Notes: a model not told the origin generated them from the sequence alone. A DNA stretch of 64,000 nucleotides from Chthonomonadales bacterium (GCA_037443035.1 JBBIPC010000002.1:64001-128000), one strand, 5' to 3'; shown: positions 20,346 to 30,330, counted from the first letter of the stretch. Program-made: numbers and translations.

Positions 20346-21137
20346 ATGCGGACCATGAGAAGGCGGTCGGTATTCGCCGAGGAGCGCCAGCGTGCCATCG
20401 TGCAGATTGTTCGCCAGTCCGGCGCTATCACGGTAGAGGAGTTGTCGAGTACGTTCGGCGTATCCGCTCCCACGATTCGGGCCGATCTCGCTCGTCTGGA
20501 GAGCCGTGGTCTCCTCGTTCGAACCCACGGCGGGGCTATTCGTGCGGAAGGCACGCTCTTCGAGCCGTCCCATGAGGACCGTAGGGTCATGCGGCGTGCC
20601 GAGAAGCAGGCAATCGCTCGCGCGGCCGCGGCCATGGTTCAGAACGGCGAGACTATTCTCCTCGATGCGGGAACCACGACGCTCGAGCTGGCGCTGCTAT
20701 TGCAGAACAAGCGCTCCATTACCGTCGTGACGAATTCGCTGGCCAACGCCATGGTGCTCATGGACGGTGGAGCAGTAGACGTGATCCTCATCGGTGGGCA
20801 GGTTCAGCGTCGTCGGCGCGCTGCTCTTGGACCGCTGGCTGTGCGTTTCCTCGACGGCTTCCGTGTGGACCGCGCCTTCATGGGCTTCAACGGCGTGGAT
20901 CCTGACGCCGGCTTGACGGTTGTGGACTTCGACGCGGCTGAGGTCAAACGGAAGATGATGAGCATCGCGACTCAAACGGTCGTCATTGCAGACTCGGACA
21001 AGATCGGTAGAGTGGCGTTCGCTGCCGCGGCTCCTGTCACCGACGCTCGCGCCCTCATCACCGACGCAGGAGCACCTCCCGATACGATCGAGCGGATACG
21101 TGAGCTAGGAGTCCGAGTAGAGCTGGTCAGTGTCTGA
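20346..21137 (+). CDS. DeoR/GlpR family transcriptional regulator
   Basis: VSAPTIRADL HTH, RTHGGA, LDAGTTT, VVTNS, ADSDK. Confidence 0.95.
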   Translation: MRTMRRRSVFAEERQRAIVQIVRQSGAITVEELSSTFGVSAPTIRADLARLESRGLLVRTHGGAIRAEGTLFEPSHEDRRVMRRAEKQAIARAAAAMVQNGETILLDAGTTTLELALLLQNKRSITVVTNSLANAMVLMDGGAVDVILIGGQVQRRRRAALGPLAVRFLDGFRVDRAFMGFNGVDPDAGLTVVDFDAAEVKRKMMSIATQTVVIADSDKIGRVAFAAAAPVTDARALITDAGAPPDTIERIRELGVRVELVSV

Positions 21138-21179
21138 GCGGTCCCTCATTACGTACCGGCGCATGGCCGTGTATCTCCC

Positions 21180-21208
21180 TTGCCAGGATTGCTCGGGAGA
21201 GCTATAAT
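21180..21208 (+). promoter_or_regulatory. Sigma70 promoter
   Basis: TTGCCA-17 nt-TATAAT. Confidence 0.75.
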
Positions 21209-21215
21209 CGCGTGC

Positions 21216-21554
21216 ATGGATGCCATGCATGCTAGCCCCATCGCCATCGTCAACAGGCTGCGCACGGCGACACTGGAGGGGAGGCTCCTGTGGCGGAGCA
21301 GCGGCGAGGTGCCGACGGAGTACAAAGTGGTGCTCGACGAAGGGCACAGCGTCATTGTTGCCAAGGTGCCCGCCGGTACGGCGGTGGTACTGACCATGGC
21401 GAATGCCGACGGGAAACCTACGCTGCACCTGGACAGCGGACGCGTGAAGGATGATCTGCTGAGGCTGGCGCTCTTGCAGCTCTACGTCGCCGTCAGGGAT
21501 CGCGTAGCCGCCCTCGCCCTGGAGGATGCTGCCCGGGCCGTCGAGGACCTCTAG
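21216..21554 (+). CDS. Hypothetical protein (112 aa)
   Basis: Fills the gap, has its own promoter and downstream hairpins; no motif recognised. Confidence 0.7.
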   Translation: MDAMHASPIAIVNRLRTATLEGRLLWRSSGEVPTEYKVVLDEGHSVIVAKVPAGTAVVLTMANADGKPTLHLDSGRVKDDLLRLALLQLYVAVRDRVAALALEDAARAVEDL

Positions 21555-21637
21555 AACGCTCCACGCGCCTCCCTGGCCGCGGTTCGTTCTCCTGCTAATA
21601 CGACTTGCAGGCGTACTGCAAGCTCAGAACGCCCCCT

Positions 21638-21673
21638 GCCGGCGGACGCAGGTTCCGTTCTGCGCCCGCCGGC
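21638..21673. terminator. GC-rich hairpin between convergent genes
   Basis: GCCGGCGG-A-CGCAG / CTGCG-C-CCGCCGGC stem. Confidence 0.55.
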
Positions 21674-21706
21674 TACCCTGGAAGCGTTAGATTGCTATAG
21701 AGCTTG

Positions 21707-22525
21707 CTAGTCGAGATCCCAGAGGTACTGCGTGCGATCGATGATCTGAACGGAACCGTAGGCGGAAGCGGGCGTCCAGTTCGTGCCAGCCGCCAGCAGA
21801 CCCGGCCGCAGGTGCCGCACATGGCCATCCAGGAAGGCAATGTTGCCACCTTCGCTGTGGCGGTTCAGGAAGAAGCCCATGTTGGTCCGACCCGTCATGG
21901 CCATCCAGATGCCCCCGTTGGGGCCGCCCCAGTCGCCATACGTGCAAGCATCATTGGCGGTCAGACCGCCGGGTGCATACACGATGTGGGAGCCAACGTT
22001 CTCATCGGTGCCGATCTGACCGGTCTCGGTGAGCAGTACGGTCTCAGCCGGCTTGCTTGCCGCGGCCACGGGCACTGGCGGCCCGAAGGCATTACCGTTC
22101 ACCATAATATTGCCGCAGCCGTAGTTAGCTCGGTTCAGGTAGGTGGCGTTCATGCCGTACTGCGTGAAGTACCTCCACCATCCCCACCACCGATTGGCGG
22201 ACACGTTCAGGCTGGCTGGGAGCCGCTTCCCTCCACCGGACGGACAGAACATCAGATCCCAGTTCTTGATGTAGGGCTGGACTCTGTCGGTCCACGAGCC
22301 CAGCGTGTTGAGGTCATAGACGAGCGGAACGACCTCGTCGTAGTCCTGAACGTACATCAGGACGCCCAGCGACACCTGCTTGGCGTTCGAGAGACACCCT
22401 GTCTGCCGCGCCTTCTCACGCGCTTGCGCGAAGACGGGGAACAGGATGGCAGCGAGTATCGCGATAATCGCGATCACGACGAGCAGCTCGATCAGGGTGA
22501 AACCTGACCGTACCCCACGCTTCAT
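21707..22525 (-). CDS. Prepilin-type N-terminal cleavage/methylation protein, DUF1559 / H-X9-DG type
   Basis: [57 protein letters not shown]. Confidence 0.92.
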   Translation of the reverse strand: MKRGVRSGFTLIELLVVIAIIAILAAILFPVFAQAREKARQTGCLSNAKQVSLGVLMYVQDYDEVVPLVYDLNTLGSWTDRVQPYIKNWDLMFCPSGGGKRLPASLNVSANRWWGWWRYFTQYGMNATYLNRANYGCGNIMVNGNAFGPPVPVAAASKPAETVLLTETGQIGTDENVGSHIVYAPGGLTANDACTYGDWGGPNGGIWMAMTGRTNMGFFLNRHSEGGNIAFLDGHVRHLRPGLLAAGTNWTPASAYGSVQIIDRTQYLWDLD

Positions 22526-22694
22526 CAGTTGCTCCTCCCTCTAATCGTAAGACTTACGACCTGGCGGGACTGCGTCCACTGTCAATCTGGCACCACCGGG
22601 GCAGGCCCAAGGCCCTGCGACGGCAACACCTGCTCAGTAGGCGCGGCGCTAGCTGCGGCCCGTGCCACCGAGCATTCTTCATGTACTCGATACT

Positions 22695-22723
22695 AGACTA
22701 CAACACCGGAGCGCGATTGTCAA
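22695..22723 (-). promoter_or_regulatory. Sigma70 promoter for the prepilin-like gene
   Basis: TTGACA-17 nt-TAGTCT. Confidence 0.7.
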
Positions 22724-22746
22724 GGTGTTACAGCATGAATGACGAA

Positions 22747-22776
22747 TGCGGGCCGCCGAATGTTCGGTGGCCCGCA
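22747..22776 (-). terminator. Terminator-like hairpin downstream of the beta-barrel gene
   Basis: TGCGGGCCGCCGAA-TG-TTCGGTGGCCCGCA. Confidence 0.6.
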
Positions 22777-22866
22777 CAAGATTCCTTGCCAGAATCTGCG
22801 TCGTCTCCGATTGCCTGCGCTTCCGCTGTCTGCAGTGCGAGCGGTGCGCGGCAAGCCAGACACGCT

Positions 22867-23367
22867 TCAGAAGCTATAGCCCACGGTCAACGACCAGCCA
22901 TTGAGCTCCTGTCTCGAGGCGTTGGTCCCGAGGTACCGAATGTCCACCGTGATCGGGTTCGTTCCCGTACGGACCTCGTAGCCCACCAGCAGGTTGTACG
23001 CCAGCGCGGACATGCCTTTCTCCACATCATGCCCCAGGCTGAGCCCAGCGCCCACGCCGTAGCGCAGTCCTTGAGACGTGCCGCGTAGGTTCAGGCAGAA
23101 CGGAACGCTGTAGATATTCTCAGCCCCGTAGTAGTCCACGCTGACGGTTCCGCGCCAACGATCGGCCTGGTAGAAGGTGTGCTCCGCGCCGATAGCCAAC
23201 CACACATCGCCACCTTTGTCGCGGGAGACCTTCTTCTCGGGCACGAGCAGCCCGGCGCGAAGCTCCCAGTTCTTGCCGAGTTCCTGGTCGCCGGTGAACT
23301 GCGCCCTAGCGACCGCCGGCGCTCCCATGACGAGTGCGCCAACCAGCACAGCCAAGACCTTCCTCAC
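22867..23367 (-). CDS. Small exported outer-membrane beta-barrel-like protein
   Basis: Signal peptide ending ARA-Q, amphipathic strands, C-terminal SLTVGYSF; AGGAGG RBS. Confidence 0.75.
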   Translation of the reverse strand: MRKVLAVLVGALVMGAPAVARAQFTGDQELGKNWELRAGLLVPEKKVSRDKGGDVWLAIGAEHTFYQADRWRGTVSVDYYGAENIYSVPFCLNLRGTSQGLRYGVGAGLSLGHDVEKGMSALAYNLLVGYEVRTGTNPITVDIRYLGTNASRQELNGWSLTVGYSF

Positions 23368-23469
23368 TAGTCTTGCCTCCTTTCGAGGGATGGCGGACGA
23401 CGGCCTTCTCTCCGGAGTTACGAGACCGCCTGACGCCTGACGATCTGCCTGGCAGACCGCTCAGTGCGT

Positions 23470-23498
23470 ATTCTACCATGGAACTCGCGGCGTGGCAA
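23470..23498 (-). promoter_or_regulatory. Sigma70 promoter with extended -10
   Basis: TTGCCA-17 nt-TAGAAT with TG at -15/-14. Confidence 0.7.
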
Positions 23499-23524
23499 GC
23501 CGCACAGTCGGAACGAGGTGTGGA

Positions 23525-25198
23525 CTACATTCTGTCTGGCGCAGATACGCCCAGCAGACCCAGCAGATTGGCCACAACCGTCCTCGTGGCTGCGAACAGT
23601 GCCAAGCGTGCATCGCGGATGGCCTCCGGCACATCCTCCTTCAGCGCTGGGCATTCCTCGTAGAACTGGTGGAGGGCCTGGCCGATGACCCGTACGTATG
23701 CCGCCAGGCGATGAGGGGCCATGGTTTCGGCCGCGAGCCGCACCTCCCGCGGGTATTCCGCCAGGGTTCTGAGCAGCTCCAATTCCTTGCCATGGACGAG
23801 CAAGGACCTGTCCACATCCTCCGCGTTCTTTAGCTGAACATTCATCTCCACGGCCCGGCGCAAGACGGCCGAACACCGTGCATGTGCGTACTGGGCATAG
23901 TAGACTGGGTTCTCTGCGCTCTGCGTCTTGGCAAGCTCGAGGTCGAACGTGGCCGTCGTCTCATAGGAGCCCATGAGACAGTAGAATCGCGCCGCATCGC
24001 GGCCTACCTCCTCGACGAGGTCTATCAACGGGATGATGTCACCAGCGCGCTTGGATCCCCGCACCGGCTCGCCGTCGCGCATCAGTAGGACCATCTGCGT
24101 AAGGATAATCGCGCACCGATCAGGATCATAGCCCAGCGCTTTGATACCTGCCTTGAGTCGCGCTACGTATCCGTGGTGATCGGCGCCCCAGATGTTGACC
24201 AGGTGCGTGTATCCGCGGTCGAACTTGTCTTTGTGGTACGCAGCATCGGCCGCTACGTAGGTCTCCCGTTCGTTGGAGCGCACCAAGACACGGTCCTGGT
24301 CGTCGCCGGTCAGCTCCGTTGACTTCAGCCACAGGGCGCCATCGCGTTCGTAGGCGTAACCGGCCCGTCGCATCTGCTCGATCGCCCTCGAGACAGCCCC
24401 GGACCTGTACAAGTCGCTTTCGAAGAACCACCGATCGAACTCGACACCAAAGGCGGCCAGGTCCGAGCGCTGGTGCGCCAGCATCCTTTCCACGGCCATC
24501 TCGCGGAACGTTCGGTTACGTTCGACATCGGGAAGAGCGGCGAACGCGTCGCCGTGCTCTCTGATGATCTCGCGTGCCAGGTCTGTGAGGTACTCCCCTT
24601 GGTAGCCGTCTGGCGGCAGCTCTGCCGGTTGGCCCAGACACTGAAGGTACCGAGCTGCCAGCGAAGCCCCGAGGAGATCGATCTGGGTGGAGTTCAATGC
24701 ATCGTTGACGTAGAACTCCGTGGCAACTTCTGCACCGCATGCTCGGAACAACTTGGCCAGCGAATCGCCGAGTGCTGCCGCACGACCGTTCACAACGCTG
24801 ATGGGGCCGGTCGGATTGGCGCTCACGAACTCAAGGAGGATCCGGCGGCCTTCCATGGACCGGCAGTGACCGTAATGAGGACCCTCCTTCTCGATGGTCA
24901 CCATGGCATCATGGAGCCAATCCGGGCGAAGTCGGAAATTGATGAAGCCTGGGCCTGCCACTTCCACGGTAGCGACGATAGTTCCCTCGACGCCCATGCG
25001 TTCCACGATCCTCTCCGCCACTTCTCTCGGCGGCATGCCGGCGGTCTTCGCCAGCACGAGGGCGGCGTTGGTTGCGTAATCGCCGTGCTGCTTGTTCCGC
25101 GGGGGCTCGATTTCGACAACCGCGTCCTTACACGCGGCCGGCAACCCACCTGCGGCGCAGGCCGACTGTATGGCCTCCCTCACTAGCTCGATGAGCAT
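23525..25198 (-). CDS. argS: Arginine--tRNA ligase
   Basis: HGDYATNAAL, AGPGFIN, EFVSANPTGP, GADHHGY, NPVYYAQYAHAR, APDRM. Confidence 0.96.
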   Translation of the reverse strand: MLIELVREAIQSACAAGGLPAACKDAVVEIEPPRNKQHGDYATNAALVLAKTAGMPPREVAERIVERMGVEGTIVATVEVAGPGFINFRLRPDWLHDAMVTIEKEGPHYGHCRSMEGRRILLEFVSANPTGPISVVNGRAAALGDSLAKLFRACGAEVATEFYVNDALNSTQIDLLGASLAARYLQCLGQPAELPPDGYQGEYLTDLAREIIREHGDAFAALPDVERNRTFREMAVERMLAHQRSDLAAFGVEFDRWFFESDLYRSGAVSRAIEQMRRAGYAYERDGALWLKSTELTGDDQDRVLVRSNERETYVAADAAYHKDKFDRGYTHLVNIWGADHHGYVARLKAGIKALGYDPDRCAIILTQMVLLMRDGEPVRGSKRAGDIIPLIDLVEEVGRDAARFYCLMGSYETTATFDLELAKTQSAENPVYYAQYAHARCSAVLRRAVEMNVQLKNAEDVDRSLLVHGKELELLRTLAEYPREVRLAAETMAPHRLAAYVRVIGQALHQFYEECPALKEDVPEAIRDARLALFAATRTVVANLLGLLGVSAPDRM

Positions 25199-25203
25199 GG
25201 GTA

Positions 25204-26451
25204 TTACCAAAGTCGCAGTCCTCCCAGATCTGGTAAGAGCAAAGACATGAACGCCGACAGGATCAGCACAGGCACGGCTACACCGATGAACACGCCAACT
25301 CCCACCTGCGGCACACCTGATGCCCACACACGCGCCAGCTTCGAGGGTGCACAGTTGGCTGCCACGCTATACTGTTCCTGCAGCTCCTGGGCAACCTCGA
25401 TGGCGTGCACGCGTTGATGGTCGTTCGGTTCTCGGGTGGTGACGTGAGCCTGAAGCCAGTCCCCCAGCCGTCGCCACACTCGCAAAGTGATGACAGCCCC
25501 CAGGACACTACCGAGGATCGTGCCTGAGCTCCACGGGCTCAGCGCCGTGACAAGCCCTACCACAGCTCCGAACAAGGCTACTGCAGCGAGGACATTCGTG
25601 CCACAACGGGGATGCACACGAGGCATCCGGGCAACGACCGCCGGTGTCAGAGGCTCGCCTCGCTCCAACGCATGCACAACCTGATGCTCCGCCCCGTGGT
25701 ATCGGGTCAGCGGGCTCATCCACAGCACCGCGAGGAATACGACCGCTGCCAGTCCCTGGACCCCCAGCCATACGAGGGCACCAACCGTCTGAGACGGTGG
25801 ATCGAGCCTGCTCCATAGATGCAGGTAATCCGTCCCAAGGTGATAGTCCACCATCCAGCAGACAGCGCCGACAAGTAGATAGGCTGCGGCGAGCATGAGT
25901 CCCAGGCATACTCCGCTCCCGACCAAGCCCCACGAACGGACGCCTGCCTGCACGTTGCCCGCGGCTAGATGGATGCCGAAAGGTGTCGCCATCCCGCCGA
26001 TGCTTTGAAACGTCACCGGTCGCCGGGCCGTATCGAAGACATCATGCCAGAAGACCCCACCCAGCAAATGGCTCCGTTCATCCACTACGAGAATCATGCC
26101 ACTCGGGCCCTGAGTCAGCATCTGGACGGCGTCCGCGATCCTGGCTGTTTCTGGCAGCACACTCGGAGATGTCTCCAGGAGCGCCATGACGTCCCGCTGG
26201 ATGACCTCTGCCCGGTTCGCTGAACCTAGTGCGCGGCGGACAGCAGCTTCGCTGACCACTCCGAGAAGCCGACCAGCGTCGTCTACGACCGGTATCATCG
26301 CCCATCCCAGACCTGCCAGAGCGGACGCTGCGTGGGCAACACTATTGTAGGACTGCAAGGCGGGAACAGGACGGAGACACGATCGGATGCTCCGACTGGA
26401 TGGTCCGGTCGTTGCAGTCTGCGATATCGGTCGGCTGGTACTTGCGCGCAA
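25204..26451 (-). CDS. CBS-pair plus DUF1385 membrane protein (start uncertain; TTG at 26451 assumed)
   Basis: IPVVDDAGRLLGVVS CBS motif; YHGAEHQ and HPRCGT DUF1385 motifs; several TM helices. Confidence 0.75.
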   Translation of the reverse strand: MRASTSRPISQTATTGPSSRSIRSCLRPVPALQSYNSVAHAASALAGLGWAMIPVVDDAGRLLGVVSEAAVRRALGSANRAEVIQRDVMALLETSPSVLPETARIADAVQMLTQGPSGMILVVDERSHLLGGVFWHDVFDTARRPVTFQSIGGMATPFGIHLAAGNVQAGVRSWGLVGSGVCLGLMLAAAYLLVGAVCWMVDYHLGTDYLHLWSRLDPPSQTVGALVWLGVQGLAAVVFLAVLWMSPLTRYHGAEHQVVHALERGEPLTPAVVARMPRVHPRCGTNVLAAVALFGAVVGLVTALSPWSSGTILGSVLGAVITLRVWRRLGDWLQAHVTTREPNDHQRVHAIEVAQELQEQYSVAANCAPSKLARVWASGVPQVGVGVFIGVAVPVLILSAFMSLLLPDLGGLRLW

Positions 26452-26462
26452 TGTGCTATACT
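26452..26462 (+). promoter_or_regulatory. Extended -10 promoter for rpmB
   Basis: TGTGC-TATACT about 60 nt upstream of the ATG. Confidence 0.55.
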
Positions 26463-26521
26463 GTTGCGCCGCAGGGGCAACGGTGCTCCGCGCGGACGGA
26501 TATCGAGGAGGCGCTACTGCC

Positions 26522-26734
26522 ATGCAAGTTTGCGAGGTGTGCGGCAAGCGCCCGCAGTTCGGTCAGAACATCCGGCACGTCCACTCCGGCGCATGGGCTC
26601 TGAAGGCTCAGCGAACCAAACGCCGTTGGATACCGAATCTCCAATCGGCAAGAGTCGTGAGCGGGAACACCACGCGGCGAATCCGCGTGTGTGCGAAGTG
26701 CCTGAAGGCGGGCAAGGTGGCGCGGGCGGCCTGA
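26522..26734 (+). CDS. rpmB: 50S ribosomal protein L28 (Zn-binding form)
   Basis: CEVCGK...TKRRWIPNLQ...VCAKCLK; GAGGAGG RBS. Confidence 0.93.
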   Translation: MQVCEVCGKRPQFGQNIRHVHSGAWALKAQRTKRRWIPNLQSARVVSGNTTRRIRVCAKCLKAGKVARAA

Positions 26735-27021
26735 GGCTCCCGCGCCGCGCGTTTTCAGGGTCATATCCATCTCCCCACCCAATAGCTGTATCTCCTATCG
26801 CCGGGGGGCAAGCGTCCGGAAGGACGCATTATACCGGAAACCTAGAGCAGGAATCCTCTCGCAACGCCCCAGAGTCCAGCCTATTGACGCCATGTGGATC
26901 TTCTGCCTTCCCGAGCGTTCGTCGCCAGCATGGTCGCAGCGCGGCAACAGCCGGCAGGCGTCAGCCACAGCGCCATGCCTCTGGATATGGAGTAGAATAC
27001 TGCTTGCAAGGGGGATGCGAC

Positions 27022-27495
27022 GTGCGACTGGCTATTGCTTCCGATCACGCTGGCGTTGACATCAAGGCCATCATTCGCGAGGAACTCGTCGCCGCTGGCC
27101 ATATAGTCGAAGACTTGGGAACTCACGACACGAACTCGTGCGACTATCCCGACTATGCGGCCATGGCTGCTTCCAGAGTCGCGGCAGGAGAAGCCGACAG
27201 AGCTGTGCTTATCTGTGGAACCGGGGTTGGGATGGCCATCGCGGCCAACAAGATCCGCGGAGCCCGAGCTGCCTCCGTGTCGGAGCCTGTTAGCGCTGCA
27301 CTCGCTCGCAGTCACAATGACGCGAACATCGTGTGCATCGGTGCTCGAATTGTAGGGCCAGAGATGGCACTGGAAATCGTGCGGACGTTTCTCTCCACCG
27401 AGTTCTCCCGCGGCGACCGTCACGTTCGTCGCGTTGGGAAGATCAGCGCCCTGGATGATGCCAGGTGCGACACGGGTGTGCGCTGCCAGCCGTAG
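27022..27495 (+). CDS. rpiB: Ribose 5-phosphate isomerase B
   Basis: ASDHAG, DYPD, CGTGVG, AANK, HNDAN, RHVRRV. Confidence 0.93.
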   Translation: MRLAIASDHAGVDIKAIIREELVAAGHIVEDLGTHDTNSCDYPDYAAMAASRVAAGEADRAVLICGTGVGMAIAANKIRGARAASVSEPVSAALARSHNDANIVCIGARIVGPEMALEIVRTFLSTEFSRGDRHVRRVGKISALDDARCDTGVRCQP

Positions 27496-27543
27496 CCCGC
27501 ACACGTTTCTATATCGTACACACATCGTCGAAGGAGCAGCCGC

Positions 27544-28818
27544 ATGGCCGAAACCGGCGCGACGAACATGCGTCATGCACCGCTCGCTGCGGTGGACCCA
27601 GAAGTGGCAGCAGCCATCCAAGCGGAAGCGAATCGCCTCAACCATAACATAGAGCTGATAGCCTCGGAGAACGTTGTCAGCCGCGCGGTATTGGAGGCTA
27701 TGGGCTCCGTCCTCACCAACAAGTACGCCGAAGGGTATCCCGCGAAGCGCTACTACGGCGGCTGCGAGAACGTGGACGTCGTGGAAGAACTAGCTAGGCA
27801 GCGCGCATGCAAGCTCTTCGGTGCTGAGCACGCCAACGTCCAGCCGCACAGCGGCGCACAGGCCAACCAGGCTGTGTACAGCGTCGTTCTCCAGCCCGGC
27901 GATACTTACCTGGCGCTGAGCCTGAGCGAAGGTGGTCACCTCACGCATGGATCGCCGGTGAACTTCTCCGGTACCCTGTATCGGCCCATCCATTACGGCG
28001 TTTCACCGGAGACTGGCCGCATTGACTACGACGCAGTACAGCGTCTTGCGGATGAACACCGCCCGAAGCTGATCGTGGCTGGGGCGAGCTGCTACGCGCG
28101 GATACTGGACTTCCCGCGGTTCCGTGAGATCGCAGACAGCGTCGGCGCACTGCTCATGGTGGACATGGCCCACATCGCCGGGCTGGTCGCTGCGGGGGAG
28201 CATCCGTCGCCCATACCCCATGCCCATTTCGTCACGACCACGACGCACAAGACATTGCGCGGCCCACGCGGTGGCATGATCCTCACGACAGCCGAGTACG
28301 CCCAGGCCATTGACAAAGCCGTGTTCCCGGGCATGCAGGGAGGGCCTCTCATGCACATCATCGCAGCGAAAGCGGTGGCTCTGCACGAGGCCTTGCAGCC
28401 CGGTTTCGCCGAGTACCAGCGCGCCATCCGCCGCAATGCGGCGGCACTGGCGGAATCGCTCATCCGGCGGCAATGGGCACTCGTCTCAGGAGGAACCGAT
28501 AACCACCTGGTATGGTGCGATATGCGGCCCAAGAAGATCACTGGTCGAAAAGCGGAGGTACTCCTGGATAAGGTCGGGATCACCGTGAACCGGAACATGA
28601 TCCCTGGAGATCCTGAGAAACCGTGGATCGCCAGCGGCATCCGGCTGGGCACTCCAGCGGTGACAACGAGGGGTTTCCGAGAGGCCGAGATAGAGCATGT
28701 GGCCGACCTCCTGGACCGTGCCGTCACATCACCCAACGATGAGGCTGAGTTGGCAAGGATTGCGGCTGAGGTTCGCGAACTCACCGCGCGCTTCCCCATG
28801 CCCGACGGTATCGCCTGA
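27544..28818 (+). CDS. glyA: Serine hydroxymethyltransferase
   Basis: [35 protein letters not shown]. Confidence 0.98.
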   Translation: MAETGATNMRHAPLAAVDPEVAAAIQAEANRLNHNIELIASENVVSRAVLEAMGSVLTNKYAEGYPAKRYYGGCENVDVVEELARQRACKLFGAEHANVQPHSGAQANQAVYSVVLQPGDTYLALSLSEGGHLTHGSPVNFSGTLYRPIHYGVSPETGRIDYDAVQRLADEHRPKLIVAGASCYARILDFPRFREIADSVGALLMVDMAHIAGLVAAGEHPSPIPHAHFVTTTTHKTLRGPRGGMILTTAEYAQAIDKAVFPGMQGGPLMHIIAAKAVALHEALQPGFAEYQRAIRRNAAALAESLIRRQWALVSGGTDNHLVWCDMRPKKITGRKAEVLLDKVGITVNRNMIPGDPEKPWIASGIRLGTPAVTTRGFREAEIEHVADLLDRAVTSPNDEAELARIAAEVRELTARFPMPDGIA

Positions 28819-28829
28819 GTCCCGCGGCG

Positions 28830-29303
28830 ATGGAGAGGCCGAGCTGGGACGAGTACTTCATGCAGATTGCGCGCGTTGTCGCTACTCGCGCGACATGTCC
28901 ACGCCGTTCGGTCGGCGCCGTCATCGTGCTCGACCGGCGTATCCTGACCACCGGCTACAACGGTGCGCCTCGTGGCCTTCGCCATTGCCCTCCCGACGGT
29001 CCCTACAAGGACTGGCCGGAAGGATGCATGATGAATGGTCACTGCGTGCGTGCTGTCCACGCGGAGCAGAACGCCATCGTCCAGGCGGCACTCAATGGCG
29101 TTTCGACGCGCGGAGCCACGCTCTACGTCACATGCCAGCCGTGTAACGCCTGCGCCAAGATGATCGTCAACGCAGGCATCGTTAGGGTCGTTTTTGATGG
29201 TGATTATCCAGACGCATTCGCCATGGAGGTCTTTCGAGAGGCGCAGATCGAAGTCGTTCGGTTGCCCGCCAACGCCTCTGGAGTAGAGGAAAAGCTCCTA
29301 TGA
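28830..29303 (+). CDS. dCMP deaminase family (ComEB-like)
   Basis: RPSWDEYFM, HAEQNA, PCNAC. Confidence 0.92.
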   Translation: MERPSWDEYFMQIARVVATRATCPRRSVGAVIVLDRRILTTGYNGAPRGLRHCPPDGPYKDWPEGCMMNGHCVRAVHAEQNAIVQAALNGVSTRGATLYVTCQPCNACAKMIVNAGIVRVVFDGDYPDAFAMEVFREAQIEVVRLPANASGVEEKLL

Positions 29304-30328
29304 TCGCCATGGTTGCAGCGTTCCTCGTGGCGTTCGCGCTTACGGCAGCTGCGACACCGGCCGTCATACGCCTTGCCCTCCGCTGCGGCGCCATTGCGGT
29401 CCCCCGTGACCGCGACATCCACGAAGCACCGACGCCCAGGTGGGGCGGAGTCGGTATCTACGTGGGAACGGTACTGGCAATCGTGCTCTCCGTCTCCTAC
29501 CGTCACTGGAAGACGGATGGGCTCAACGGATGGACCCCTCAGCTTGTCGGGCTGTTGCTCGCCTCCACATTCATCGCCGCCGTCGGCCTCATTGACGATA
29601 TTAAGGATTTGAGGCCGCTTTGGCAGATACTGGCCATCTTCGTCGCCGGAGGCATTCTGATGGCGTTCGGCGTCCGCGTCGAGGGTATCTCCAATCCGCT
29701 CGCTGGCGCAGCGCCGTCAGGTGGGTTCGGTAGAGAGTACGACCCCAGCCGCTGGCTGCAGCTCCCCCTACCGGTCAGCATCCTGGCAACCTTGTTCTGG
29801 GTCCTCTTGGTGACGAAGACCGTGGACGCCATTGACGGGCTGGATGGCCTGGCAGCAGGTGTGTGCGCCATCTCCTCGGTAACGCTTGCGCTGCTGACTA
29901 CGGTGACCCCTCAGCCAGGAGGGCCTGCCATTGGTCTGGTAGCAGCATCACTTGCTGGCGCCTGCATTGGGTTCCTGCGCTACAACTTCAACCCGGCCAG
30001 AGTTTTCATGAGCACGGTAGGTGCCCAGTTCCTCGGGATGATGCTCGCCGGCATCTCCATCATCGGTCCCTTCAAGACCGCGACCGCGGTATCCGTCATC
30101 GTGCCACTGCTAGTCCTGGGTGTCCCCATCTTCGACTACGGCATCGTCCTTATCCGGCGCATTCAGCATCGAGCACCGCTCATGCAGGCTGACCGCCGAC
30201 ACCTCCACCATCGCCTACTGGAGCGTGGTCTGACGCAGCGCCAGGCCGTGTATTTCATCTATGGCATCACGCTGGTCTTGTGCGCCGCCGCGTTCCTCCT
30301 CTTCGCCTTCGCACGGTCCCGGACGTGA
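29300..30328 (+). CDS. wecA: Undecaprenyl-phosphate GlcNAc-1-P transferase (WecA/TagO, MraY family)
   Basis: GLIDD, DGLDGLA, YNFNPARVFM, HLHHRL. Confidence 0.85.
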   Translation: MIAMVAAFLVAFALTAAATPAVIRLALRCGAIAVPRDRDIHEAPTPRWGGVGIYVGTVLAIVLSVSYRHWKTDGLNGWTPQLVGLLLASTFIAAVGLIDDIKDLRPLWQILAIFVAGGILMAFGVRVEGISNPLAGAAPSGGFGREYDPSRWLQLPLPVSILATLFWVLLVTKTVDAIDGLDGLAAGVCAISSVTLALLTTVTPQPGGPAIGLVAASLAGACIGFLRYNFNPARVFMSTVGAQFLGMMLAGISIIGPFKTATAVSVIVPLLVLGVPIFDYGIVLIRRIQHRAPLMQADRRHLHHRLLERGLTQRQAVYFIYGITLVLCAAAFLLFAFARSRT

Positions 30329-30330
30329 CC

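Noticed and set aside
26811..26826. GCGTCC-GGAA-GGACGC hairpin resembling SRP RNA domain IV
   Set aside because: The stem is fully paired and lacks the CAGG/AGCA internal loop and long flanking helix
26332..27021. 387-aa ORF suggesting an RpiB fusion
   Set aside because: The upstream part overlaps rpmB in another frame and intergenic DNA; RpiB begins at GTG 27022
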